From positions 10,666,001-10,730,000 of the forward strand of contig CM052816.1 in the NCBI GenBank assembly GCA_028534125.1: DNA of 64,000 bases, in the 5' to 3' direction. Positions 51,855 to 64,000 of this stretch are shown in pieces (within the stretch, counting starts at the first letter, position 1; each line of letters begins with the position of its first letter). This DNA comes from Lama glama. Its lineage: Eukaryota. The position numbers were made by a program, and so were the translations under genes. The notes beneath the pieces are model-generated. The model searched no databases, was not told where the DNA came from, and saw nothing but the letters and a program-made list of their open reading frames with translations.

Positions 51855-53080
51855 TCATTCATCCATTTATTCCTTCTTTGATTCATTCAGGCATTTAACA
51901 AATGATTGTTCTGTATCATTATTCTGTGGCAAGCACTGTTAGGTATAGTTATAGCAGGGAGTGAGACCACAGTCTCTGGTCCCAGAGATTTCCCAGGAAA
52001 AGAGAAAAGCACACCCAGGTGCTGTGGGGTCACAGGGGCAGAGCATTCACCTTGGCTATGGATTATCAAGATATTACTCAGCCGTAAAAAAAAGAAAGAA
52101 TGCCATTTGCAGCAACATGGGTAGACCTAGAGATTATCATATTAAGTGATGTAAGTCAGACAGAGAAAGACCAATACCCATATGATGTCACTTATATGTG
52201 GAATCAAAAAAAATACAAGTTTTATTTACAAACCAGAAATAGACTCAGGGACATAGAAAACAAAGTGTCATTACCAGGGGAGAAAGGGGAGGGGAGGGAT
52301 AGATAAGGAGTTTTGGGATTAACACATACACATTAGTATGTATAAAATAGATAAACAACAAGGGCCTACTGTATAGCACAGGGGGTGAGTGATATTCAAT
52401 TTCTTGTAATAAGCCATACTGGAAAATAAATTGAGTATATATGTACATGTGTATGTGTATGTATAACTGAATGGCTTTGCTGTATACCTGAAACTAACAT
52501 TGTAAATTGACTACACGTCAATAAAAAATAAGAAATTTTTTTTAAAAGATGAGGATGAGAAGGAAGAGAATTTCAAGAAGGAAAAGTGTGTACAAAGGTC
52601 CAGAGGCAAAGAAACACTTGACAAGGTGGGAAAACTTGAGAAGCTCACTGAGGTTTCCAGTGTGGACTGTGAGGTCCTGATTGGATGAAATGAAGGTGAA
52701 GAAGCAGGCAGTCCTTAAAGGGTCCTTTAGGCTGTGCTAAGGGTCTTGGATGTGTTCCCCCAAAGAGTCGTGGGGACCCACTCGAGGACTTTAGGATGAT
52801 CATATCCGTGTCAACGTGGAGCATGGAGGATTTGCTAAGAAGCTACTGCAGGGACGTTGCTGAGAGATGATAATGACCCAAGTTAAACTGGTGGCAGTGT
52901 GAATGGGTAGATGGGGACAGATTTTACGGCTGCTAGGGAGCTGGAATTTATAGGACTTGGCATCTGACTGGACGTAGAGTAGAGGGAAAGATGTTCAAAA
53001 TGTCTTTAGGTTTTCTGGTTTGGGCAACTACATGGACAGTGGGTACCATTCAAAAGATAGAAAACACAGTAAAAGGAGTG
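51855..53080 (-). mobile_element. L2 split by a + strand L1 3' end
   Basis: ttcattcatccatt tail; resumes after 52545 with caaaggtccagaggca...ggttttctggtttgggcaact. Confidence 0.7.
52067..52545 (+). mobile_element. L1 3' end, artiodactyl-type
   Basis: ORF 52100 MPFAATWVDLEIIILSDVSQTEKD is the ORF2p C-terminus; ends gactacacgtcaataaaaaa. Confidence 0.92.
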
Positions 53081-53545
53081 AGTTTCTTAATCTGTGTGTT
53101 TCCTTACCTGTAAAGTAGGCATTATTTTAATCGTCTGGTAGGGTTGCCTGCACTATACGAAGAACTAAATCCCTGGCAAAGAGATGTTCAGTAAAGAGCA
53201 GCAATTATTACTGTGTACAAAGTTGCTTAGAAGCCATTAGCCATTGGCAGTAGGAGACGAAGTGGTTACTGAGAATGTCAGAGAAGACATTGCGGGGCTA
53301 TTGAGCTGGGCCTTGAATGATGAGTAACAAATCACCAGGGCAGAAATGGAGAAATGGGTGATAGGAAAGATTCTTGGCAGAGAGCACAACGGGCACAGAG
53401 CTCAAAGTTCTTCAAGGAACTGGAAATGGCCCACTGTTCCTGGAGCATAGGGCTTGTGAAGAAGATGGCGGATAATGAGCTAGAAAGAAAGCTAAGGATT
53501 TTGGAAGCTCTATAAAGCCAGCTAAAGAGCCTGTCGCCCTCCAGG

Positions 53546-53810
53546 CCGGCACTTGCCAAAGTTTTTTCTGCAGAATATTAGTTTCCTGTAGAATGTTAAT
53601 ATGGTCAAATGAATTCAGAAAACTTTGATTTAAACAAAATTAAATTTAGTGCAGGACTTCTCAGGGCTTTTAAATGGGCACTGCCAGTCTCCCACAGAGG
53701 GATCTATCTTTTTTTTTTTTTCTCAAATTGCATACCTCTTTTCCCAGAACACTGATTAACATCTCAAAAGACATTAATGGTTCTGTGCCATTGGGTTTAG
53801 GAAACTCTTC
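53546..53810 (-). mobile_element. MER103-like hAT element within an L2 (~53270-54010)
   Basis: tttaaacaaaattaaa...tgcaggacttctcagggctttt. Confidence 0.6.
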
Positions 53811-54176
53811 TCTAGGCAATGGGGAACCCTGCGGGGATTTAAAGCAAGAATGAATGGAGCAGACCTATTGGTTGTAAAGATCTTGCTCACTTAGAGAGGA
53901 GCGCGTATTGGGAGGGGTAAAGACTAAAAAGCCTGGTGGCCTTAAGAAGTTAAAGGAGAGGATAAGACTGCAAATTCATACATGCCAAATAGGGGACAGT
54001 GATGGAAGGGACATATACATGTGGTAGTATCATGTGTGTGTGTGCCTGTTTTAATAATGTATTAGACATTTTGTACAAGAGATGCTTGCAGCTTGTAGAT
54101 TCTCAAGAAAGGCTGTATCCAAGAAATATGTAGCTCTTTATCAATACAAGAGCTTATGATTTCAAGGCTCTTTCGT

Positions 54177-54375
54177 GTTTTTTAAATTGGAGTATATTTG
54201 ATTTACAATGTTGTGTTAGTTTCGGGTGTACAGCATAGTGATTCAGCCATACATATATATACATATATATTCTGTTTCAGATTCTTTTCCGTTATAGATG
54301 TTGAATGCAGTTCCCTGTGCTATACAGTTGGTCCTTGTTTTTTATCTATTTTATGTATACTAGTGTGTGTATGTG
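54177..54375 (-). mobile_element. L1 3' end fragment
   Basis: attggagtatatttgatttacaatgttgtgttagtttc...gttccctgtgctatacag. Confidence 0.88.
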
Positions 54376-54760
54376 TATCTGTGATGTCTTTTGATCTTTC
54401 TGTCATCCTGTCAGAGACGTTTAAAATCAGTTTCCTCAACCGTCAGAGAAGTTAAGAGACCTTCCTGTAGCTCCAGGGCTGGTGAAAGGCAGGCTTGACC
54501 TTATCTCCTCTAACTCCAAGTTTAGGGCTCTTTTCATTCGATCATGTTACCTCTGAGCTAAGACTTACGCTGGAGTTTGGAGGAGACTTAGGATTTGCCT
54601 CTGTTGAAAAAGTAAGCAAAATCTTTTTTAGCTAGGAGGAAAAAGTAGGAGAAAGGACACAGGGGTAGGTGTATGCATGACATGGCCAATGGTCTAGGAA
54701 GTGCCCCTCTGCTAAAGGCTGGCATCTCTCCAGGAGTCTTCCCAGTCTTCCAGGCGGGAC

Positions 54761-54936
54761 CAGAGCCACGGTCCAGTGACTTGTCTAGTACATGTCCCTT
54801 ATATACCTGTGCTTGGATTGACGCTCTGCTGTCAGTCTTGAGATGATTACTGTCAGTCTTGAAAGTATTATTTTTGAACAAAGGGCCCCACATTTTTATT
54901 TTGGATTGAGCCCTGCAAATTATGTAGCTAGTCCTG
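54761..54936 (+). mobile_element. MER45A-like hAT-Tip100 element
   Basis: tttttgaacaaagggccccacattttt...gccctgcaaattatgtagctagtcctg. Confidence 0.8.
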
Positions 54937-55429
54937 CTTCAGATCTCAGTCAAGTGTTTCTCTTGTCCATTTTACATTTTGAGGCAATTCTCACTTGGCT
55001 AAATGCCTCTAAATTCTTATATTGTTAATCTACGCTTGATTGGTCTCTTATTTGCACATATGTTTTAGTATTTATTTCTGCCATTGAGGTGTGAGTTCCT
55101 TACCAGCACTGAAAAGGGCTAGGGCTAAGCCCACAGCAGGCACGCAGTACACAATTGATGCTAAGTGAATATGTGCCTCCGTGATGAGCCCACTGACAAG
55201 AACAGGTTCATCCTCACTTGTAAGGGAACCATGTCTTTGGGTTAGCTGGAAAAAAAAAAGGTATGGGGTAGAAGAAGCACGTCTGCCAAAACGATTCAAG
55301 AATGAGAACCAGAAAAGTGGCGTCCACGTGGATGACATCAGAGCATGTGATAATGACAGTATGCAGTGCTTCATGACGTCAGCTGCCACCATTCAGGTGT
55401 GTGTTGTGTGCCATGGATGATCATGAAAT

Positions 55430-55610
55430 GTTTCCTATTTATTAACTCATTTGATGTTTACAACAACCCTGTGGGTTAGATACTATAATCAGTATTTTGC
55501 AAATGAAATTGAAGTGTAGTGGGATAAAGTAAATTGTCCAACATCATACTGCTGGGAAATATCAGAGCCAAGGTCTGAACTCAAGCTGTCTGGTTCCCAG
55601 AAGTCCCACC
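55430..55610 (-). mobile_element. MIR
   Basis: attaactcatttgatgtttacaacaaccctgtg...attttgcaaatgaaattga. Confidence 0.75.
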
Positions 55611-56574
55611 TTTGCCTGTTTTCCTCCTACACTTTACCGACCCGTCTTACAAAGAAGTCTCACATCTGGCCTTAAACCATTACTATTAAGTGCTATGCAT
55701 GTGATAGCTCTTACGACTCTTCAGATAGAAATACACATGGGAGCTGGTGGCACTGTAATTCTCAACCTGCGTTCAATTTCAGACGTTTTTTGGGTCCTAG
55801 GTCTTTCCCTTTCTTTTTCTGTCCATGAAACAGACATAATGAGTCAGCATTTGGAAGCAGGAAGTGCTCTAAACTATGTTTGCTTCTGGGGAGAGGGTCC
55901 AAAATCTTCTTTCAGTTCTCAAAAGGATCTGTCACCCCAACAAGCTAAAGTCACTGCTCAGGGCCGATGCTACTTTTTGAATGTAAATTCATAAACTCTG
56001 GTTGTCATACGTTGTTCTCACCCTTGTAGTGCTGCGGATGCCAAATGGAAATGAGCGAGGTCTCTATTTGAGGGGTGTTTAATATAATTATTTTCACTTG
56101 ATATTTATTCCATAAATATTTATTGAGTTTTAAAATATACTCAAACTTGCTTACAAGTTCAAGATCCATCTAGCTCCTATATTCAGCTTCTATAATTGCT
56201 CTCTCTAGTATGGTAACGGCCAGGGTGTTATCCTTGCTTGCATAGCACTCTGCAGTTATCAAAATGTTTTCCCACGGGATGAGCTGAGTTTACTGTGTGA
56301 TATGTCCTGTGGCTTCCAAAGGTGCCTATACTTAAAAATTTTCTTCCAAAGCAGGAGAAAGAGGCAGAATGTGTTGGTGTTGGGAGAGCGTGATTAATGC
56401 TGATTCTCAGTGAGCATCAGGGCTTCTTTCCCAGACCTCTGCAGCCCTGGGTCAGGGGCCTTCCTGCAACTTGACCCTGGCCCACATCAGGGTAGAAAAA
56501 TGGAGATGAGGGAGATGAAGAGGAGCAAGGAGCTTGCTTACTTCAGTTTTATCCAGGGCTGGCCCCTGGGTCTC

Positions 56575-57722
56575 TTTTTTCCCTTTTATTTTTATTGAGA
56601 TATGATTGACATACAGACATACAGTTTAAGGCATACAGCATAGTGATTTGACTTACATACATCATGGAATGAATATCCCAGTAAGCTTAATGAACATCCA
56701 TCATCACAAACAGATACCATATTAAAGAAATAGAAAAAAAATTTTTATATGATGAGAACTCTTAAGAATTACTCTCTTAATGACTTTTGTATAAAATGTA
56801 CAGCAGGGTTAATTATATTTAACATTTTGTACATTATATCTCTAGTATTTATCTTATAACTGGGAGTTTATACCTCTTGACTACCTTCATCCAATTGCCC
56901 CAACCCCTCACCTATGGTAACCACAAATCTAATTTTTTTTTCTATAAGTTTGCATGTTTGCTTATTTGTTTTTGAAATATAATTGACCTACAAAAGTATA
57001 TTAGTTCCTATTATACAACATAGTGATTTTTTTCCTATGCATTTCAAAATGATCACCACTCTAAGTCTAGTTACAATCTGTCACCAACCAAAGACATTTC
57101 TTAGTTATTGACTGTATTTCCCACACTGTACATTTTATACCCATGACTGTTTTATTGTGCAACTAGAAATTTATACCTCTTTAATCTCCCTCACTTATTT
57201 ATTTTTTACCCCTCGCTCTCCTCTCTCCTTATAACTACCTTTTTTAAATGTATCTATGACTCTTTCTATTTTGTTATGTTTGTTCATTTTTTTACATTCC
57301 GCATATAAGTGAAATCATAGAGGATTTGCCATTCACTGTCTAAAGTATCACTAAACATAATACCCTCTGGTTCTATTGATGTTGTCACAAATGGCAAGAT
57401 TTCATTCTTTTTAACGGTTGAGTAATATTCCATTGTGTGTATATATACATCTTTATCTTTATCCATTCATCTGTCGGCACTTGGATTGTTTGCATATCTT
57501 GGCCATTGTAAATAATGCTGCCATGACCATAGAGGTGCACAGATCTTTTCTAATTCCTGTTTTTGTTTTCTTTGGATAAATACCTAGGAGTGGAATTGCT
57601 GGATCATATGGTAGTTTTATTTTTAATTTTCTTGAGGACTCTCCACACTATTTTCCATAGTGGCTGCACCAATTTACATTCCCACCAACAGTACACGAGG
57701 GTTCCCTTTTCTCCACAACCTC
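56575..57722 (-). mobile_element. L1 3' ~1.1 kb
   Basis: tttattgagatatgattgacataca; ORF 57284-57466 YIHTMEYYSTVKKNEILPFVTT (ORF2p C-terminus); ggagtggaattgctggatcatatgg. Confidence 0.92.
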
Positions 57723-57889
57723 ATGACTTTTAAAAGAGATGAGTAATTTCTCCCCTTAGAGCTCCATTTATACAGACATAATTCATTGATTAAAGTATTG
57801 GGAAGTTAAGCCAATTTAATTGTCCAATAACTTGCTATTTTCCCTCTTAAGAAAAAGTAGTGTGTCTCCCAAAACAAAAGTTGAGAGTC

Positions 57890-58065
57890 ATTGTGGAGGA
57901 GTGAGCGTGGGAGCCAGGACACCAGGGTCCATGCCCTGGGTCTGTCAACCACTGGGTGATCTGGGCAAGTCAGTTCTTTTCTGGAAGCCTCACTTTCTTC
58001 ATTAGCAAAATAATGGGCCAAAATGAATGATTGCTAAGCCACATCTTACCATGAACCTTGTTGGG
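57890..58065 (+). mobile_element. MIR
   Basis: gtgatctgggcaagtca...gcctcactttcttcatt. Confidence 0.65.
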
Positions 58066-58069
58066 TATG

Positions 58070-58694
58070 TGTTTGATACTACCTGGAGTTAGCGAAGTCA
58101 CAATGTTTAAGGGCAGAGTTCTCGAGACTGTCCTCACTTGTGACATCAACTGCAAGTTTGGAGGTTTCCAAAACTCCCTTCAATTTTGATAATTCACTAG
58201 GACTCCCAGAACTATTAGTATAAAGGTATTATATTCATGGTTGCAGTTTATTACAGGAAAAGGACACATTAAAATCAGCCAAAGGAAGGGGGATGTACTG
58301 GGCAGAGTCAGAGACATCCCAGACTTGAAGTTTCCATTGTTCTCAGGACACATTACCCTCCTGGCATTGATGTATGACAATATGCATGGAGTATTGCTAA
58401 TCAGGTAAGCTCACCTAAGCCTGGTGTTCAGAGGATTTTTTGGAGCATTATACAGGCATGACTCATTGATTAATTGCCCACATGGTTGAACTTTGTTTCC
58501 AGGTCAACCCAAATCCTCCACCCTACATCACATGGTCTTTCTGGTGTGGCCAGTGCCCCACCATAACTGTTAGAGGTAGCAGCTCCCACCCCAGACAAAG
58601 ACACTGCTTATTAGGTTTGACATAGATTACCTCCTAGAAACCGAGGGCAAAAACCAGACCTCTCTTTGGTCAAGGACATATTCTTTACTATGCA
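58070..58694 (-). mobile_element. MER21-like ERVL LTR
   Basis: tacctggagttagcg, gtttattacaggaaaaggacacattaaaatcagccaaagg, agggcaaaaaccagacctctctttgg...ttctttactatgca. Confidence 0.8.
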
Positions 58695-58764
58695 AGAATC
58701 TTAGGCTTATTGTTTATTAAGATCCCCTCTTGTTTGATCTTCTTTTTAAGGGAACACACAGTGT

Positions 58765-59770
58765 TTCATTCTTTCCAAAGGTACATTAAAGTAACCAATG
58801 TGTGCCAGACACTGTTCTAGCGCCAGATACAGTACAGAGAACAAAAATATCCCTGTCTCCCTGGAAATTATGTTCTACTAGTGTATTAACCAAAGCCAAA
58901 TCAATGTATACTGTCAGGTATCAACACAGGGATAGGGAGTACTGGGAGGAAGGGGTGCTATTTTATTTTATATGAAGTGGTCAAGAAAGGCATCTCAGAA
59001 AAGTCAGTTCTGGATTGACAGCTGAATGAAGTGAAGCTCTGAGCTATGCTGCTGTCTGAAGGAAGGTGCCTAGGGGATGGCAGGTGCAAAGGTTCTGGGT
59101 GGGAGTGCTCTTCCTGGTATGTTTGGCAAACAATAAGGATGCCATTATGTCTATGTGTGGGGTGGAGAGAAGGGGATTGAGAGAAGAGGTGGTGATGCTG
59201 CAGGTGAAAAATGAAAAGAAAGAAAGAAAAGGACAGAGGTATAGCTGGAGCCAAATCTTTCCAGCATTTTAAGAAGTGTTACTCTAAATGTGTAGGAAGC
59301 CAATAAAGGGCTTTGAGTAGAAAAGTGACATGAAGCGATTTGCATTTAAAAGGACCATTCCGCCTGCTGCACAGAAGCTATTCTGTAGAGGGGTGAAGGA
59401 GGGATCACACACTTGTTAGAGTCTATTGAAACTATCATGATGAGATACGATGGTAGTTGGAGGCTGGTAGTGGCCGTGGAGGTAGTGAGAAATGACTGGA
59501 TTCTGGATGCATTTTGAAGTTAGAGCTAGCAGGATTTGTTGATGAACTGGAAGGATGTGGGGAATGAGAGAGGCATCAAGGAACAGGAGGTGGAGTAGGT
59601 ATGGTGGGGGTGGCATTAGGGGTTGAGATGCCTGGTGGATACTCAGGGCAATTTCAGGTCAGCTGTCAGTGATACCAGTCTGGAGGTCAGGGGAGAGGTT
59701 TGTGCTCAACATTCAGTTATGGGATTTTATCATCGAGTGAGTGGCAAGCCATGACTGAATAAGGTCACCT
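58765..59770 (-). mobile_element. L2a 3' portion
   Basis: tgtgccagacactgttctag, gtggtcaagaaaggcatctc, ggattctggatgcattttgaagttagagc. Confidence 0.82.
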
Positions 59771-60493
59771 CAGATGCTTAGAAAGGAGGGAGTGCTCAGC
59801 TGTATGCACCAAACTGTTTGCATGCAAATGTTAAAGGCAATGGTGCCTCTAATTCAGTTAAGTCCTTGGAAATTAATCCACTCATCATGTGACCACACAA
59901 TTCTACTCGCTGATCCAATCTGAAAGACTAATAGTTCTCAGCCAGATTCCTATAACTGTACCATTAAATTTCTCCACCTTTAGTGGTCGTAATAGAGTCC
60001 AGATGCCCAGCTGTGAAAATTCTTTTTTTTAATAGTGACATCTAGCTATTTGGCTTCTTCTGCTGGCTGGAATTGAAGCCAAAGTTGTTGAACTAAATAG
60101 TTGGCCTATTAGGGTGGTGACAATTTCAAGGACTGAATTACACCTTTCTTGTTATCTATTATATATTGTTATGTAGTGGCATCTTAGCACATCTTAGAGT
60201 CTTGATCTTTTATCATTCTATTAATTCAGCTTACTAATTTTAGGGGAAATGCAGATTGGGTTCAAATTTACTATTATATTAATATATCTGTATATGTGTA
60301 GGTATGTCTGTATATTTTTTCATACTCAGTTTGTATTACTTTAAATAGTTGTCAGGTTTATCAGATTAGTTTCTTAGTGTGGTTTTGGCATTACAGTCTA
60401 GTTCAAGTCCTTGGTCGATGAAAATTTTTCTTTAGAAGAATATGATAAAGCTCATTTTGTGAATGAAATAGCATGTTTTTAGTTCCTCTCTAC

Positions 60494-60825
60494 CTGTGCT
60501 GTAGTCACTAAGCCTGTGTGGTTATTGAGCCCTAGAAATGTGCCTGGTTCTTAGAAGTGCTGTTAAGTATAAAATGCACACCAGATTTCAAAGACTTGGC
60601 ATTAAAAAGACTATAAGTATATCATTATTTTTTATTGATTACATGTTGAAATCACAATGTTTTGATATATTTCATTAAATAAAATATTTTCATTTTCAAA
60701 TTTTTTAATATTTAAAAATACTATTAAAATTAATTTCAGCTGTTTCTTTTCCCTTGTTAATGTGGCAACTTGAAAAACCTACAGTTATGAATGTAACTTG
60801 CATTAATTCCTGTTGGAGAGAGCTG
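60494..60825 (+). mobile_element. MER33-like hAT-Charlie element
   Basis: ctgtgctgtagtcact...gtataaaatgcacaccagatttcaaagactt...tattgattacatgttgaaat. Confidence 0.82.
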
Positions 60826-60906
60826 TTTTGTGCATTTGATAGCATATACATTTATATCGGGGTCTCTCAGTTTTCTGATGTGCAGAAAATGATTTTTGAT
60901 CTTTTC

Positions 60907-61849
60907 TTTTTCTTTTTTTTACATTTTTTATTGATTCATAATCATTTTACAGTGTTGTGTCAAATTCCAGTGTTCAGCACAATTTTTCACTCATTCATGG
61001 ACATATACACACTCATTGTCACATTTTTTTCTCTGTGATTTATCATAACATTTTGTGTATATTTTCCTGTGCTATACAGTGTAATCTTGTTTATCTATTC
61101 TACAATTTTTGAAATCCCAGTCTATCCCTTCCCACCCTCTACCCCCCACCCCTGGTAACCACAAGTCTGTATTCTCTGTCCATGAGTCTATTTCTGTCCT
61201 GTATTTATGCTTTGTTTTTGTTTGTTTTTGTTTTTTAGATTCCACATATGAGCGATCTCATATGGTATTTTTCTTTCTCTTTCTGGCTTACTTCACTTAG
61301 AATGACATTCTCTAGGATCNNNNNNNNNNNNNNNNNNNNNNNNNNNNNNNNNNNNNNNNNNNNNNNNNNNNNNNNNNNNNNNNNNNNNNNNNNNNNNNNN
61401 NNNNNNNNNNNNNNNNNNNNNNNNNNNNNNNNNNNNNNNNNNNNNNNNNNNNNNNNNNNNNNNNNNNNNNNNNNNNNNNNNNNNNNNNNNNNNNNNNNNN
61501 NNNNNNNNNNNNNNNNNNNNNNNNNNNNNNNNNNNNNNNNNNNNNNNNNNNNNNNNNNNNNNNNNNNNNNNNNNNNNNNNNNNNNNNNNNNNNNNNNNNN
61601 NNNNNNNNNNNNNNNNNNNNNNNNNNNNNNNNNNNNNNNNNNNNNNNNNNNNNNNNNNNNNNNNNNNNNNNNNNNNNNNNNNNNNNNNNNNNNNNNNNNN
61701 NNNNNNNNNNNNNNNNNNNNNNNNNNNNNNNNNNNNNNNNNNNNNNNNNNNNNNNNNNNNNNNNNNNNNNNNNNNNNNNNNNNNNNNNNNNNNNNNNNNN
61801 NNNNNNNNNNNNNNNNNNNTTTTCTATGGTCTTGTTAATCTCTATTGTA
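60907..61849 (-). mobile_element. Young 5'-truncated L1 spanning the assembly gap
   Basis: 3'UTR and ORF2 C-terminus left of the gap; ORF2-like TIEINKTIE right of the gap; perfect TSD TTTGATCTTTTC at 60895-60906 and 61850-61861. Confidence 0.88.
61320..61819. other. Assembly gap (500 N)
   Basis: Run of N. Confidence 0.99.
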
Positions 61850-62204
61850 TTTGATCTTTTCAATACAAAGTTTCACCCTAGAAAGTGTTTCATAACACTA
61901 AAAAAACTTTAAAATTTCGTCTTACTACAAAAATGATACGTGTTCTAAATTTTCTTTGATGAAAATATGAACAACAAAGAACCACACATAACCACTGCTA
62001 AGTATTTTCATGTATTTCTTTTGCAATACACACATTTTTATAACTAGTTAGTGTACATTGTGTTTTGACTTTTTTAACAACATAGCATGAACATCTATCC
62101 TTGTCATTACATACCTTTACATTTTTCTGCACTAATATTAACCTGAAGGATATATCATACTCCTAGAAGTAATAGTGGTTTATGATAGCAGAAATTTTTA
62201 AGTA

Positions 62205-63200
62205 TTTAATAACAGCCTTATTGAGATATTCTTTAATTTTTTAATCTTTAATAACAGCTTTATTGAAATACTCCTTTTTTTCTCTTCCAGTTTTATTGGT
62301 ATATAATTGACATACAGCCCTGTATAAATTTAAGGTGTGCAGCATAATGATTTGATTTACATATATCATGAAATGATTATCACAGTAAGTTCAGTGAACG
62401 TGCGTCATCTCATATAGACAGGAAATTAAATAGGAAACAAATTTTCCTTGTAATGAGAGCTCTTAGTATTTACTCTCTTAACAAGTTAAGTGCTAATTGT
62501 ATTTGTCATGTTGTACATTACATCTCTGGTACTTATTTATCTTATAACGAAGTTTGTACCTTTTGAAACATCCTTTTAAAGTGTACCATTCAGCGGGTTT
62601 TAGTATATTCAGAGTTGTGCAGCTATTGATTGCCCTTATGTAATTTTAGAACATTTTCATTATTCCAAAAAGAAATCGCCAAACTATAAGCAGTCACTCT
62701 CATTCCCCCAACCTCCGCCCCTGGCAACTAGCCTACTTTGTCTCTATGGATTTGTCCATTCTGAACATTTCACGTAAATGGAATCATGCAACACATGGTC
62801 ATTTCTGACTGGCTTCTTTTACTTAGGGTAATATTTTCAAGGTCTACCCATATTGTAGCTTGTATCAGTACTTCATTCCTTTTCATAGCTGAATAATAAT
62901 CCTTTGTGTAGTTATATCACATTTTATTCATCCATTTAGCAGCTAATGAATATTTGGGTTGTCTCCACTTCGGGGATGCTATGAATAATGCTGCTATGAA
63001 TATTCATCTACAAGTTTTAATGTGAATATGTTTTCTGCTGTCTTGGATTTACACCTAGAAGTGGAATTGCGGAGTCAAATGGGAACTCTTGTTTCACATT
63101 TTGAGGAACTGCCCAACTATTTGTGGCTGCATTATACAGTCCCACAAGCAGGGTGTGATGGTTCCAATTTCGCCACCTCCTCACCATCACAATAGTAGTG
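62205..63200 (-). mobile_element. L1MB-like 3' end with a nested younger L1 3' end (~62275-62563)
   Basis: aataacagctttattga...ttttaaagtgtaccattcag...aattttagaacattttcat; insert starts ccagttttattggtatataattgacataca. Confidence 0.85.
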
Positions 63201-63334
63201 ATTTTCAACTGAAAGGCTATTCATTCCTAAGAGGGACGGATCAGACTCTAGTGGTGGGTGGTTTGGAAAAAGACCTCCAAGATTCTGTTGGGATCTCAAC
63301 CCACCCAACACACAGATACACACATACAGTGCCA

Positions 63335-63510
63335 GGCTCCTATTTGTTTGACTCTGGGTATATTATTTATCCCTATTAGCCTCAGTAAAATGGAGATAAT
63401 AATAATACTTACCTTATAGGGGCTGTTGTTAGAATAAAATGAGATAATGCTAGTGAAATCCTTTGTATAGTGCCCAGTACATAATAGATGCCCAGCAAGT
63501 GTTAGCTGTG
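63335..63510 (+). mobile_element. MIR
   Basis: gtaaaatggagataataataatacttacc...tagtgcccagtacataatagatgc. Confidence 0.8.
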
Positions 63511-64000
63511 AATCAATGGCTCAATAATTTTCCACAAGATGTACATACTATAATTTGCCTAGACAATTCTATTGTTGGACATTTGTCTTGTATCCAGTTT
63601 TTTAAACAGTGCTCTGAAAAATACCCTCATGGTGAAATTTTTGCCCACATCATGATTATTTTCTTAGGATGAATTCTGTAAAGTATTATTGCTTGGTGCA
63701 CTTTAAAGAAATTTAAGGACATTTCCTAATCTATATTTTTTTTGTTTAAATTATACTGAAATTCTACTTTGAAACATGTAATCAGGTACTAGACAACACC
63801 CTTTGAGCTTTGGCTAACTAACCTGGTTTTATAACTCCTCACTGGTATACCTGACAAATATAATGCAAAATAAAACTGTCTTGAATAAGACAGCCTAAGT
63901 TTAACTCAAACCTGTGAATGAGAAAAGGCTCTCCAGTCTGGACTCTTGGATTTTTGTACCTTTACTATCATTGCATCAATATCCTGACTAGGCAAGCAGA

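Noticed and set aside
55750..55960. Possible Charlie4z-like hAT fragment (ctggggagagggtcc...ttctcaaaaggatctgtcaccc)
   Set aside because: Short and degenerate with unclear boundaries; unremarkable
61248..61863. Longest ORFs (196 and 183 aa)
   Set aside because: Artefacts of translating the N gap
62206..62280. Imperfect ~30-bp direct repeat (tttaataacagc.ttattga.ata)
   Set aside because: Local duplication of an L1 tail, not a CRISPR-like or functional array
1..64000. The many 60-140 aa ORFs in the supplied track as genes
   Set aside because: Lengths match chance expectation, many start at non-ATG codons or lie in repeats, and none resembles a cellular protein I recognise; only L1 ORF1/ORF2 remnants are identifiable
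1..64000. CRISPR arrays, operons or prokaryotic defence systems
   Set aside because: No regularly spaced repeats or gene-dense structure; the sequence is mammalian

Overview
This window is mammalian non-coding DNA, not prokaryotic. It is CpG-depleted and dominated by eutherian interspersed repeats (L1, HAL1, L2, MIR, MaLR/ERVL LTRs, hAT and TcMar DNA transposons). Four tRNA-derived SINEs of the camelid vic-1 type point to a camelid genome. I found no convincing protein-coding exon, RNA gene or CRISPR array; the only ORFs with recognisable homology are decayed L1 ORF1/ORF2 pieces. There is a 500-N assembly gap at 61320-61819. The most notable structure: (1) three L1 elements of different ages, all on +, keep their 5' end but stop at an internal A-rich site with no 3' end or poly(A), each flanked by an apparent target-site duplication; (2) poly(A)-bearing L1 3' ends, LTRs and SINEs are strongly biased to the - strand, suggesting the window lies in an intron of a + strand transcript; (3) a young L1 with a perfect 12-bp TSD spans the gap, whose true size is probably ~2.5-3 kb; (4) a few candidate regulatory motifs occur in unique sequence (perfect RFX X-box, CRE/E-box cluster). 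Subfamily names come from my recollection of consensus sequences, and most boundaries are approximate unless a TSD is quoted. I see no evidence for a novel gene system.
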